51,918 nt of DNA from a bacterium (GTDB lineage: Bacteria > Muiribacteriota > UBA9980). The DNA is taken from positions 1 through 51,918 of the forward strand of contig JAKPTH010000325.1 of assembly GCA_029571125.1 (NCBI GenBank). Direction: 5' to 3'. The notes under the pieces are model-generated. The model saw only the letters and a program-made list of their open reading frames with translations. It was not told where the DNA came from and ran no database searches. Shown here piece by piece: positions 37,376-47,606 of this stretch. Each line of letters starts with the position of its first letter. Position 1 is the stretch's first letter. The position numbers and the translations under genes were made by a program.

Positions 37376-40300
37376 TTGACGGATACCAAAACTGTTCTTC
37401 TCGTTGAAGATGACAATTCCACACTTCTTCTGCAGTCTCATTTGATCGAAAAATTGGGATTTACTCTCGTATCCGTTTCCAGCGGAGAAAAAGCCATCGA
37501 GCTCGCCGCGCGCGGTGAAAAAATGGACCTCGTGCTTCTCGATATTTACCTCGGCCCGGGAATGGACGGAATCGAAACCGCCAGAAGACTTCTTGAATTA
37601 CGCAAACTCCCGATAATATTTTTTACCTCACATTCAGAGCAGGAGGTAGTCGAAAAGGTTCGAGGAATCCCTCACCAGGGTTATATAACAAAAAACTCGG
37701 GATATTTCGTGTTAAAATCCGCGATTGAAAACGCCATCGAGCTTTTCGAAACCAACCGTAATAACGAAATCAACCTCAACGCTCTGCGCGAGCTGAATAA
37801 CCGTCAGGAAGACCTGCTTCAGGCAATCGACAACAGCGGCGCGTTTATTTTCACCAAAGACTCTTCGGGCCGATACACTTACGCCAACCGCCAGGTGAGG
37901 AATTTTTTTGCGGCCTCGCTCGAAGACATTATCGGCAAAACCGACGCCGATTTTTTCGATACTGTCACGGCTTCCGCTCTTAGCAAAAGCGACCGCAGCG
38001 TCCTTGAAGGCGAAAGAGCCGAAGGCGAAGAAGTGCTCATTTCAAACCGGAACGGCCGTGCCAGAACTTTTCTTACGACGAAGATACCGCTTTTTTCACA
38101 GGACGGAAAAGTGCGCGGACTTTGCGGAACTTCGGCGGATATAACCGAACGCAAACTCGAAGAAGAGCAAAAGCAATTAACTAATGACGTGCTTAATCTT
38201 CTTAACAGTCCCGCCGATATCGAAAAAACTATCAATGACATCCTGACAATACTTAAAAATTTTTCAAAAGTAGAAGCCGTAGGTATCAGACTCCGTGAAG
38301 GCAACGATTTTCCTTATTTTCAAACCAGCGGATTTCCCGACCACTTCATCAAACTCGAAAATTTTCTTTGCGCACGCGATGAAAGCGGCGACGTTCTTTT
38401 TGACGGCGAGGGCATGGCGATATGCGAATGCATGTGCGGCTGCATATTAAACGGATATTCCGACGAAACTGCTACTTTTTTCACCGATTACGGCAGCTTC
38501 TGGACAAACAGCACCTCCGATTTTTTAGAAGCACAGGCGGCCGCCGGAAAGCTTCAACGCTATCCCAGAAACCGCTGCAACCGAGAAGGTTACGAATCAG
38601 TGGCTCTCATTCCTTTACGCATGGGCAAAGAAATAATCGGACTGCTCCAATTCAACGACCGCAGACGTGACGCGTTCACGCCCGAAACAATAAAACTTTT
38701 TGAAAAACTCGGTTCGAGCGTAGCCGTTTCCATTTCATACAAGCAGGCCGAGCAGAAGCTAAAATTAGGCGAAATCCGCTTTTCATCGCTGCTAAATACC
38801 GTTAAAAACGGCTTTTTCATTCTTGATTCAAAATTTAAAATAATAGAAACAAACGATGCTTTCTGTCTGATGAGCGGGTATTCAAAAAAAGAGCTTTTCG
38901 AGCTAGAGCTCGCCGATATAGAATACTGCGAAAGCCCTGAACAATCTCATAAACATGCGCAAAAGGTAATGCGTGAAGGCTTCGACCGGTTCGAAACAAC
39001 TCACAGGCGCAAAGACGGAAGCGTTTACGACGCCGAGATAAACGTCACATACGAACCTAAAAGCCGTCAATTTCTTATATTCGTTACAGACATAACCGGA
39101 CGCAAGGCTGCGGAGAAAAAACTCGCCGCGAATAACGCCATACTTAAGCTGCTGCATGACATATCAAAACTCTTGCTTAAAGACCTCGATTGGCGAAAGA
39201 ACGTCGATAAGATACTCACGTGGCTGGGCCGTTCGGCCGGCGCTTCACACGCTTATATTTTCGAACTATTCGACGGACATAACGGCATATGGCTTGCAGA
39301 CAGGTTCTGCGAATGGCCGGGAGGCAAATTATCTTCAGGCCAGGGCCCTTTCCAGGAGCTTTCTTTCGATCAGTACCAATTCGGCAGCAGGTTCGAAGAC
39401 ATTCTCGACGGCGTTACATTTTCCATGAATTATTCAGAGCTGCCTGGTTATATTAAAACAATCTTCGAAGATCGCGGAAGCAAATCTTTTATTATTATTC
39501 CGATCGTCATTGAAAACATGACATGGGGGTTTTTAAAATTTGACGACCGGAATTCAGGCCGCAGGTGGGATGAAACGGAAATAGATCTTTTTAAATCTGT
39601 AGCTTCGCTAATTGGAATGGCTATACTTCACGAACGTGGAAAAATAAAATTATTGAATAACGAAAAAAAATATCAGCAGCTGGTTGAAAATTCATTTGAA
39701 GGATACTGGATGCTGAATAAAGAGGGCACGATAACCTATGCGAACCCCAAAACAGCTGAAATAACAGGGTTTTCAGTCAAAGAACTTCCGGGCATGGCGC
39801 CCGGGCAGCTCATAGACCCATCGAATTCGGATTTATTCACAAGGCATCTGGATACCGTTAAAAATCACGGGCGAAAAATCGACAACATCGAACTAATCGG
39901 CAAAAACGGACTTAAAAGATATGTGCAGATATCTTCGACAAGAATCGATTCGGCCGGCCGCTACGATGGTTTATATTCACTGATAACCGACCGTACGCGA
40001 TATTTCGAACTTGAAGAACAGATAAAGCAGACACGGCAGGAAATAAAAGAAAAATATTCATTCCGAAATATAGTCGGCAAAAGCGACCGTATGAAAAGAA
40101 TATTCGCGATTCTCGAAACGGCGGCGGGCTCGGATTGCAATATTCTTATAGAAGGACCCTCGGGCACCGGAAAAAGCATAATGGCCAGAGCGATACACGA
40201 ACATTCGGCACGGGCCGACGGCCCCTTCGTCATAGTCAACTGTTCGGCCCTTCCAGAACATCTCCTCGAATCGGAATTATTCGGATATGTAAAAGGCGCC

Positions 40301-41098
40301 TTTACCGACGCCAGAGCTAATAAACCTGGAAAATTCGCGGCGGCAAACGGAGGTACTATCTTTCTCGACGAAATAGCCGAAATGCCGGTACACTTACAGG
40401 CTAAATTCCTGACGGTAATAGAAGAAAGGCTTTTCGAACCGCTCGGTTCCAACGCTCCGATAAAAGCCAACATCAGAATAATAGCGGCCACAAACTGCAA
40501 CATAGAAAACCGCATCAGCGAAGGCGGCTTCCGCACGGACCTTTATCATCGTCTCAAGGTCGTTCATATAAAAATACCTCCGTTGGCTGGAAGAAATGAG
40601 GACATTGAAGTTCTGATAGAAGAATTCATCGAAAAATTAAACGCTAAATATAATAAAACAGTCAAAGGCGTTTCAAGAAAGTTATATCAATTTCTGATGA
40701 ACTATGACTATCCCTGTAATGTCAGAGAACTCTTAAACATGTTCGAATACGCTTATATGTTTTGCGATAGAGAAGAACTAGGCGTAGAATACCTTTCAGG
40801 CGATTACCAGTCAAAATTCGAAAAATTTATTTTACCTTCTACTGCAAAAACTCCTGCCGGCGGCGATAATATAACTATGCAAAACGGCGGCGGCCAGCCA
40901 AAAAGCGATGCTAATTCAAACGAAATCGAAAACACAGGTAACGATTACGATACAATGATTTTTAAAAAAGACCTTTCAAAAGCAATCGTAGTAGAAACGC
41001 TTACAAAATATGGCGGCAGCCGTATAAAAACCGCTGCTGCCCTGGGCATAAGCCGAGTGCAACTATGGCGTAAAATGAAAGAGTATAAATTAATTTAA
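37376..41098 (+). CDS. Multidomain sigma-54-dependent response regulator (REC-PAS-GAF-PAS-GAF-PAS-AAA+-HTH)
   Basis: TTG start. REC domain is VLLVEDDNSTLLL...DLVLLDIYLGPGMDG. It has several PAS/GAF blocks. AAA+ is ILIEGPSGTGKSIMARAIH, GYVKGAFTDA (GAFTGA variant), GGTIFLDEIAEM, FRTDLYHRLKV. C-terminal HTH is IKTAAALGISRVQLWRKMKE. Confidence 0.85.
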   Translation: MTDTKTVLLVEDDNSTLLLQSHLIEKLGFTLVSVSSGEKAIELAARGEKMDLVLLDIYLGPGMDGIETARRLLELRKLPIIFFTSHSEQEVVEKVRGIPHQGYITKNSGYFVLKSAIENAIELFETNRNNEINLNALRELNNRQEDLLQAIDNSGAFIFTKDSSGRYTYANRQVRNFFAASLEDIIGKTDADFFDTVTASALSKSDRSVLEGERAEGEEVLISNRNGRARTFLTTKIPLFSQDGKVRGLCGTSADITERKLEEEQKQLTNDVLNLLNSPADIEKTINDILTILKNFSKVEAVGIRLREGNDFPYFQTSGFPDHFIKLENFLCARDESGDVLFDGEGMAICECMCGCILNGYSDETATFFTDYGSFWTNSTSDFLEAQAAAGKLQRYPRNRCNREGYESVALIPLRMGKEIIGLLQFNDRRRDAFTPETIKLFEKLGSSVAVSISYKQAEQKLKLGEIRFSSLLNTVKNGFFILDSKFKIIETNDAFCLMSGYSKKELFELELADIEYCESPEQSHKHAQKVMREGFDRFETTHRRKDGSVYDAEINVTYEPKSRQFLIFVTDITGRKAAEKKLAANNAILKLLHDISKLLLKDLDWRKNVDKILTWLGRSAGASHAYIFELFDGHNGIWLADRFCEWPGGKLSSGQGPFQELSFDQYQFGSRFEDILDGVTFSMNYSELPGYIKTIFEDRGSKSFIIIPIVIENMTWGFLKFDDRNSGRRWDETEIDLFKSVASLIGMAILHERGKIKLLNNEKKYQQLVENSFEGYWMLNKEGTITYANPKTAEITGFSVKELPGMAPGQLIDPSNSDLFTRHLDTVKNHGRKIDNIELIGKNGLKRYVQISSTRIDSAGRYDGLYSLITDRTRYFELEEQIKQTRQEIKEKYSFRNIVGKSDRMKRIFAILETAAGSDCNILIEGPSGTGKSIMARAIHEHSARADGPFVIVNCSALPEHLLESELFGYVKGAFTDARANKPGKFAAANGGTIFLDEIAEMPVHLQAKFLTVIEERLFEPLGSNAPIKANIRIIAATNCNIENRISEGGFRTDLYHRLKVVHIKIPPLAGRNEDIEVLIEEFIEKLNAKYNKTVKGVSRKLYQFLMNYDYPCNVRELLNMFEYAYMFCDREELGVEYLSGDYQSKFEKFILPSTAKTPAGGDNITMQNGGGQPKSDANSNEIENTGNDYDTMIFKKDLSKAIVVETLTKYGGSRIKTAAALGISRVQLWRKMKEYKLI

Positions 41099-41134
41099 CC
41101 GCCACCGCTCAAACTCCCGACGCAACCGCTCACC

Positions 41135-41187
41135 GTTACATATGTTTCTTTAGTTACATATTATGTTTCTCTCGTTACAATTGTAAC
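41135..41187 (+). promoter_or_regulatory. Three GTTACA-containing repeats, candidate enhancer for the downstream sigma-54 promoter
   Basis: GTTACATATGTTTCT (41135-41149), GTTACATATTATGTTTCT (41153-41170) and the perfect palindrome GTTACAATTGTAAC (41174-41187), about 260 bp upstream of the -24 element. Confidence 0.4.
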
Positions 41188-41445
41188 TTTTGTTTCAAAA
41201 ACAATATTTCAACTACAAAATCAACATAATTACCTAATATCAACTAACTTTCAAGCTAATCAATATATTGATTTCTTCACTGCTGTATTAATTTTAAACA
41301 GCACTCCGGCGACCATTTTATAAAATTTATGTGTGTCGTCATATTTTTTATTTTTATTTTTTTGGCAATAATCAGGCATTTTATCTTACATTTAGTGAAT
41401 TATTCATCTATTTACTATGCACTGATTGTTATTTTACTCTTTACA

Positions 41446-41461
41446 TGGCATGATTTATGCA
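41446..41461 (+). promoter_or_regulatory. Sigma-54 (-24/-12) promoter
   Basis: TGGCATGATTTATGCA has TGGCATG-N4-xTGCA with correct spacing, in a 570-bp AT-rich intergenic region upstream of the CheA-like gene. Confidence 0.55.
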
Positions 41462-41672
41462 AAACATTAATAAATGAAAAAAGCGCTTAAAAATATTTAT
41501 TTGTTGATTAGAGGGTTATTTTATCGGCTGAAATATTTAACAAAAATTAACATATAAATGTGGATGTTTAAAAAATAATAAGTATGACAGTAATAAAATT
41601 CTCATATTTTATTTAACCGTTTTATTTTAAATAATACCGCTTAATAAATTTAAGTCGTTTGCAGGATAAAAT

Positions 41673-44153
41673 ATGGAAGAAACTATACAGGTAAAAATGT
41701 CATATCTTAATAAACTGCTCGATCAGACCGGCGAAGTAATAATCGCCGGCACCAGGCACAATATTCTCGAAAAGGCGATAGAAGATATATTTATACATCA
41801 GAAACCGCCCGACGAATCTATTGTGAACTTAGCCAAGCAAATATCACATTCTTCAAGGCAAACTGTCGATCATCTCCACGAAAACGTCATGAAGATACGT
41901 CAGGTCGAGCTCAAAGACACTATAACCACTCTTCAGCGCCTCGTAAGAGAGCTTTCAAAATCACAGGGCAAGCGTATAAAATTCACCGCCGCCGGACATG
42001 AAACTTTAGTCGATAAAACCATAGTCGAAGAATTGTCCGGCGCTCTCATACACGTTATCAGAAATGCCGTAGACCATGGCATCGAGACGCCAGCCATACG
42101 AGAGGCCGCCGGCAAAAACGCCGAAGGCGCCATATCCATAAACGCATATATAAATGACGGCTTCACATTTATCGAAATCGAAGACGACGGCGGCGGGCTG
42201 GATATCGAAAAAATCTGCGCCAGGGCGCTCGAACGCGGCCTGACAACCTGTGAAAAGCTCGAAAAAATGTCCGTAGAAGAAAAATATAGTTTCGTTTTTT
42301 TACCGGGTTTTTCCACCCGGGAAACAGTTTCTGAAATATCCGGGCGCGGAGTCGGAATGGATGTCGTTAAGACCAGCGTAGATAAGTTAAACGGGAGCAT
42401 AGGCATAAATTCAAAGCGCGGCGACGGCACAAAATTCTTATTTAAAATACCTGTAATATCTGCCGTAAATATCACGGATGCGCTCATGGCCGAAATCGAC
42501 GGCGCCGTTTACGCTTTTCCTCTGGATACCGTGGTATCCGTTTCCGCGGTTACCCCGGAAAATCTTTTTCGCGTTTCAGGCAATCGCGCCATTGTTTTCA
42601 GACAGGAAACTCTTATAATATACGATCTCGGACTCCTGTGGAAAAAACGCATGAACGAAAAAACCGACGAATCGCTAAAGTGCATTGTAGTAATAAAAGA
42701 TCGCGAAGATATGATCGGCATTTGCGTCGACGATTTTCTGCCGCCCCAGAAAATAGTTATTAAAACCCTCGACAATCGCTTCGGCGGAGCGCGCGGCATC
42801 GCCGGCACCACCTTTCTCGACGGCAATAATATCGCGCTTATAATCGACGCTCACGAAATTATAGGCCTTGCTACAGGCCGCGAACCGGCCGTTCCCGTTC
42901 AAACGCAAGAAGCGCCTGACCGGGCGGCGCCGTTATTCGAACCGGAGGCTTTTGCGGCCGCAGCCAAATCCGCAGCCAATATCGCTTCTAAAAAATATAA
43001 AGTAGAAATAGATTCCGATATCAATCGAGATACGATGCTGGAAATAGCTTTATGTTCGCAAGGCAAGCTGATCGACGCTTTCAACAACAACAAACCTGTT
43101 TACGAAATCGGATTGATGCTCGATAAAGACATCATTAAATCGCAAAAATCGCGTTTCGATATTTATCAAAACGTCAAATCCTGCGGCGAACTTATTTTTA
43201 TAATACCGATGACCGCGGCCGTGCCTAAAAACCTTCGCGATTTTTCGCCGGAAACATTTGATATGTGCGTTAAATTCTTTCTTATATCAAATATGACTCA
43301 AGCCGAAATCGCAAAAAAACTCAACATCGACGATACGCAAATCCACGCGGTAGGAATAACGGTAAAAGAAGAGCCAGGTCGCGCCCCGGCCGAAACGCCT
43401 GTGTTCGATGAAATAGAACTCCTCGAAGATTACGAAACATTCGCCATGGACACGCAAAAAAATATCTCGGCGATGTCGCATTCCATTATGACCCTCGAAG
43501 AAAACCGCTCCGACACAGAGGCTATTAACGAAATCTTCAGAGCCGTTCATACGCTTAAAAGCGCCACCGCCATGCTCGGCATTAAAAATATGTCCGATGT
43601 GGCTCATATACTCGAATCGATGCTCGACAGAGTCAGAAACGGTCTCGAAATAATTGACGAGGAGCGCATCGACCTGCTTTTTGAAGTCTTAAAATTTTTC
43701 GAAGAATGCCTGAAATCTATTAAAAACGGAATAAAACCAACTCTGAGTAATTCCGCTGTAAAAGAAAGGATTAACAAGTTAAAATATGACGCTCCTGAAA
43801 AAAAACTTATAAGAACCGTCGATGTCAAAACCGAAAAGTTTCACGTTACCTCATACGAAAATCTGGTTATAAAAGAAAAGATCGCCGGCGGCATGAAACC
43901 TTATACCATACTGGTCGAATTCGTCGCAGACCTTCCCATGAAGATGGTAAACGCGTTTCTTCTTTTTAAAAACCTTAAAGACTACGGAGAAGTCGTAAAG
44001 ACCATACCCACCATGGAAGAAATCGACAACGGCAATTTCGAAATGCATTTTAAAATACTTTACCTGGCGTCGTATATGGAAGACGAGTTCCGCAAAGCGT
44101 TAGCGAGTGAAGAAATAAAAAATTACGTAGTCTCCGTTTACGATGAAATTTAA
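41673..44153 (+). CDS. CheA-like histidine kinase with permuted domain order (dimerisation-HATPase-CheW ... Hpt-unknown)
   Basis: N-box is IHVIRNAVDHGIE, G1 is EDDGGGLD, G2 is GRGVGMDVV. The CheW-like domain is ALMAEIDGAVYAFPLDTVVSV...GNNIALIIDAHEI. An Hpt motif EIFRAVHTLKSATAMLG (His codon at 43548-43550) lies C-terminal to all of these. Confidence 0.75.
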   Translation: MEETIQVKMSYLNKLLDQTGEVIIAGTRHNILEKAIEDIFIHQKPPDESIVNLAKQISHSSRQTVDHLHENVMKIRQVELKDTITTLQRLVRELSKSQGKRIKFTAAGHETLVDKTIVEELSGALIHVIRNAVDHGIETPAIREAAGKNAEGAISINAYINDGFTFIEIEDDGGGLDIEKICARALERGLTTCEKLEKMSVEEKYSFVFLPGFSTRETVSEISGRGVGMDVVKTSVDKLNGSIGINSKRGDGTKFLFKIPVISAVNITDALMAEIDGAVYAFPLDTVVSVSAVTPENLFRVSGNRAIVFRQETLIIYDLGLLWKKRMNEKTDESLKCIVVIKDREDMIGICVDDFLPPQKIVIKTLDNRFGGARGIAGTTFLDGNNIALIIDAHEIIGLATGREPAVPVQTQEAPDRAAPLFEPEAFAAAAKSAANIASKKYKVEIDSDINRDTMLEIALCSQGKLIDAFNNNKPVYEIGLMLDKDIIKSQKSRFDIYQNVKSCGELIFIIPMTAAVPKNLRDFSPETFDMCVKFFLISNMTQAEIAKKLNIDDTQIHAVGITVKEEPGRAPAETPVFDEIELLEDYETFAMDTQKNISAMSHSIMTLEENRSDTEAINEIFRAVHTLKSATAMLGIKNMSDVAHILESMLDRVRNGLEIIDEERIDLLFEVLKFFEECLKSIKNGIKPTLSNSAVKERINKLKYDAPEKKLIRTVDVKTEKFHVTSYENLVIKEKIAGGMKPYTILVEFVADLPMKMVNAFLLFKNLKDYGEVVKTIPTMEEIDNGNFEMHFKILYLASYMEDEFRKALASEEIKNYVVSVYDEI

Positions 44154-44239
44154 TGTATTTATATTTTTGATAACAGGATAATTTTTAACGGTTATCGCAA
44201 CCGGCAATTTTTGAGTACGTTTATTAAAGGGGGATATTT

Positions 44240-44671
44240 ATGGATATTAGCATCGTAAAGAATAACGATAAACTGATAATAGCACTGGCGGGTATTTTAG
44301 ATATGTTCAGCGCGGTTGAACTTAAAAATATCCTTATCGACGAGTTTTCAATTACTGACGCAATACCTTCCGACATCGAGCACATGATAATCGACCTTTC
44401 ATCGCTCGAATCCATCTCCGCGGCCGGTATCGGCATATTCGCTGCGCTGCAGAGCGCGTTTAACAATTCCAATAAAACGCTTTCATTCGTAAGCGTTCCG
44501 CAACCGCTTAGCAGGTTATTTGAAATAACCAATCTTTACGACCATTTTTCAGTGTACGGCTCTCTCAAAGACGTCGAAAACTCAACCGGCCGCTGCGGCT
44601 ACTCCATAGGGGCGGAAAACCTCCGCGGAAACCGCACAACCGGTTTTACCGAAAGCGCATGGAAGAATTAG
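44240..44671 (+). CDS. STAS-domain protein (anti-sigma-factor antagonist family)
   Basis: LIIALAGILDMFSAVELKNIL...IIDLSSLESISAAGIGIFAAL has the SpoIIAA/STAS layout, with the conserved Ser in SISAAG. Confidence 0.65.
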   Translation: MDISIVKNNDKLIIALAGILDMFSAVELKNILIDEFSITDAIPSDIEHMIIDLSSLESISAAGIGIFAALQSAFNNSNKTLSFVSVPQPLSRLFEITNLYDHFSVYGSLKDVENSTGRCGYSIGAENLRGNRTTGFTESAWKN

Positions 44672-44726
44672 CCGTATAACTCATTAATATTATTTTTTCG
44701 CTTTTATTTTATTTTGTTAATTAAAG

Positions 44727-44770
44727 AAGGGGAAGGAAAAGGGCCGTCAGCCCTTTTCCTTCCCCTTTTT
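44727..44770. terminator. Bidirectional intrinsic terminator between convergent genes
   Basis: Perfect 18-bp stem AAGGGGAAGGAAAAGGGC / GCCCTTTTCCTTCCCCTT with a 5-nt loop (CGTCA). It is flanked by A-rich sequence on one side and T-rich sequence on the other. Confidence 0.85.
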
Positions 44771-44830
44771 CTTATGTCAGCGGCACCTTCGAACCCGCTA
44801 TAAATTAAAGTTTTTTATCGGCCGTGCCGT

Positions 44831-46477
44831 TTATTTTTTGAGTATGGCTTTAAGGTCTGCTTCGGCCGTAGTCGTTGGGGCTATATTGAATTTCTCGACG
44901 AGCACGCTGAGGACGGCAGGCGTTACGAACGCCGGCAGCGAAGGTCCGAGTTTTATATTCTTGATTCCGAGGTGCAGAAGTGTAAGCAGTATGCATACCG
45001 CTTTCTGCTCGTACCATGAAAGTATTAAAGAGAGGGGCAGTTCGTTTACGCCGCATTTGAAAGCGCCGGCGAGGGCGAGCGCGATCTGGATGGCGGAATA
45101 AGCGTCGTTGCACTGGCCCACGTCGAGCAGTCTCGGTATGCCGCCTATATCGCCGAATTCGAGTTTATTGAAGCGGAATTTGCCGCAGGCGAGTGTGAGG
45201 ATAACGGTGTCTTTAGGGGCCTGTTCGGCGAATTCGGTGTAGTAGTTGCGTCCGGGTTTAGCGCCGTCGCAGCCGCCTATCAGGAAGAAATGCTTTATAG
45301 CTCCGGCTTTGACGCCTTCGATCACTTTATCGGCCACGCCGAGAACCGCGTTATGGCCGAATCCGACCATAATTTCCTTGCCGTCGCCGTCGGCGGCGAA
45401 GCCGGGAGCGTCCAGGGCGGCTTTAATTACGGGCGAAAAATCGCGGTTATTTATATGCGTAACGCCGGGCCATGCCACGAGGCCGCATGTAAATATTCTG
45501 GCTTTATAGGTGTCCTGGGGTTTTTGTATGCAGTTTGTGGTCATGAGGATGGCGCCGGGGAATTCGTCGAATTCCTTGCGCTGGTCCTGCCATGCGCCGC
45601 CGTAGTTGCCGGCGAGGTGTTTATATTTTTTAAGGCCGGGATAACCATGCGCGGGTAGCATTTCGCCGTGCGTATAAATGTTTATGCCTTTGCCTTCGGT
45701 TTGTTTAAGAAGTTCTTCGAGATCTTTAAGATCGTGGCCGGAAACGAGTATGGCTTTGCCTTTTAACGGGTTGATGCGAACTTTGGTGGGAACGGGGTTG
45801 CCGTAGGTTCCGGTGTTGGCTTCGCAGAGAAGCCCCATGACCTTGAAGTTTACTTCGCCGCATTTGAGGTTAAGGCCGAGAAGTTCGTCTACCGTGGGAT
45901 TTTCTTTAGTTAAAAAATCGAGCGCTTCGTGGAAAAAACCGTAAATGGAATCGTCGTCTTTATTGAGTATGTGGGCGTGATCCGCGTAAGCGGCGGTTCC
46001 TTTTACGCCGTAGGTGAGCAATTCCTGTAATCCGGTTATATCGTCGCCGAGTTTCGCTTTTCTTTTTTCGATGGATATGTCTTCGCCCTGTTTGACCATT
46101 TCGGCTTTATTCGAGGCTATTTTAACCGAGGCGGGGCCTGCGAGCGTTTCGGGGGTTTTGCCGTTTTTAGCGCATACGCCTTCGTATAATTTTTTTGCTT
46201 TTTCGCGCATATCGGCGGCGGCTTTGATTAAATTAGCGAGTTTATCGGCGTCGAAGTTGACGTTGGTAACGGTCGTGAATAAATATTCTGTGACGGCGAC
46301 GTCGATAGGCCTGTCGGTTACGCCCATTTTCCTGAGGCGGTTAGCGTACATTGAAACGCCTTTAGCCACATATAATAATAAATCCTGTAAAGAAGCGGTT
46401 TCGTGATCCTTACCGCACACGCCTACTTTAACGCAACCTTTTCCGCTGAGAGCCTGTTCACATTGATAACAAAACAT
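44831..46477 (-). CDS. hcp: Hybrid-cluster protein (hydroxylamine reductase/NO reductase)
   Basis: MFCYQCEQALSGKGCVKVGVCGK N-terminal Cys motif. 548 aa. Conserved blocks include GHDLKDLEELLKQTEGKGINIYTHGEMLPAHGYP and LACGKFRF. Confidence 0.95.
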   Translation of the reverse strand: MFCYQCEQALSGKGCVKVGVCGKDHETASLQDLLLYVAKGVSMYANRLRKMGVTDRPIDVAVTEYLFTTVTNVNFDADKLANLIKAAADMREKAKKLYEGVCAKNGKTPETLAGPASVKIASNKAEMVKQGEDISIEKRKAKLGDDITGLQELLTYGVKGTAAYADHAHILNKDDDSIYGFFHEALDFLTKENPTVDELLGLNLKCGEVNFKVMGLLCEANTGTYGNPVPTKVRINPLKGKAILVSGHDLKDLEELLKQTEGKGINIYTHGEMLPAHGYPGLKKYKHLAGNYGGAWQDQRKEFDEFPGAILMTTNCIQKPQDTYKARIFTCGLVAWPGVTHINNRDFSPVIKAALDAPGFAADGDGKEIMVGFGHNAVLGVADKVIEGVKAGAIKHFFLIGGCDGAKPGRNYYTEFAEQAPKDTVILTLACGKFRFNKLEFGDIGGIPRLLDVGQCNDAYSAIQIALALAGAFKCGVNELPLSLILSWYEQKAVCILLTLLHLGIKNIKLGPSLPAFVTPAVLSVLVEKFNIAPTTTAEADLKAILKK

Positions 46478-46619
46478 TAAAACTCCTCCTTATTTTTTTT
46501 ACTTTTAAGTTTTTTCGATCGAGTATTTTCAAGTAATATTTACGGCTGATTAATTTTGATCCGTGAAATAATTTGTGGTGTATATGAGCATATTATAAAC
46601 CATTTTTATTTTTATTGAA

Positions 46620-46633
46620 TTGACTTACGTCAA
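46620..46633. promoter_or_regulatory. CRP/FNR-family-type palindrome upstream of hcp
   Basis: TTGACTTACGTCAA (TTGAC-N4-GTCAA), about 145 bp upstream of the hcp start, flanked by TTTTTATTTTTATT tracts. Confidence 0.55.
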
Positions 46634-46730
46634 TTTTTAATTTTTTTTATTTTTATTTTACCCGCTTATAATATAAACATTTATTTTACATATAATCAAG
46701 ATTTTTTTCAAACGATTTTAGGTCGGGCGG

Positions 46731-47531
46731 TCATATCGAAAGGTCTTTAACGCTGCCGTCAACTCCTATTGTAATGGTTTTAAGAGGTATTTCGGCGCCG
46801 CTTTCGGCCAGGGCCGTTTTAACGATCCTTAAAAGGCCCGAACAGCATGGAACTTCCATAATGGCGCAGGTGACGCTTTTAACGTTATTATATTTGAATA
46901 TTTCGGTTAATTTTTCTACGTATCCGTCGGTATCGTCTAGTTTAGGGCATGCTATGGCCAGTGTTTTGCCTTTAAGAAGCTTGCGGTGGAAATCGCCGAA
47001 AGTGAAGGCCACGCAATCCGCGGCTATAAGTATATCGGTATTTTCGAACGCCGGATGTTTCGGCGAAACGAGATGAAGCTGCACCGGCCACTGGCGGAGC
47101 TCCGAATTTATGACTCCGGCTTCGGAACCGGAGGCGTTTGAAGCCCTGGCGTTATTATCTCCCTTGAAGTTCATGAAGCGGGCCGACGGGCAGCCGCCGT
47201 GGGCGTGATGATGGGCCGGTTCTTTATTTTCCGAGCCGTGGGCGTGTTTTTTTTGAGCTTCTTTCATTTTATTGACCGCATCCTCGCCGAAATTTTTTCT
47301 AAGATGATCCACTACGGCGTTTTCGTCAAACTCGACGGTATCGCGTTCGACTATTTTAAGCGCTCCGGTAGGGCAGTGACCTATGCAATCTCCGAAGCCG
47401 TCGCAAAATTTCTCGTTTACGACCTTAGCCTTGCCGTCTATTATTTTCAAGGCGCCTTCGGAGCATCCGGTAACGCAGTTGCCGCAGCCGTTGCAGAGTT
47501 CTTCGTTGATTTCGATTATCTTTCTTTTCAT
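46731..47531 (-). CDS. 4Fe-4S dicluster ferredoxin-domain protein with a Cys-rich C-terminal domain
   Basis: CNGCGNCVTGCSEGAL and CDGFGDCIGHCPTGAL cluster motifs. The C-terminal part has WPVQLHLV...AADCVAF...IACPKLDD...VPCCSG. Confidence 0.75.
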   Translation of the reverse strand: MKRKIIEINEELCNGCGNCVTGCSEGALKIIDGKAKVVNEKFCDGFGDCIGHCPTGALKIVERDTVEFDENAVVDHLRKNFGEDAVNKMKEAQKKHAHGSENKEPAHHHAHGGCPSARFMNFKGDNNARASNASGSEAGVINSELRQWPVQLHLVSPKHPAFENTDILIAADCVAFTFGDFHRKLLKGKTLAIACPKLDDTDGYVEKLTEIFKYNNVKSVTCAIMEVPCCSGLLRIVKTALAESGAEIPLKTITIGVDGSVKDLSI

Positions 47532-47606
47532 ATCATTACCTCCGTAAATTTTAATTTTTCAATTCATCTTATACTCCCATTATAATGCATTTAAGAATTT
47601 AAGTAA

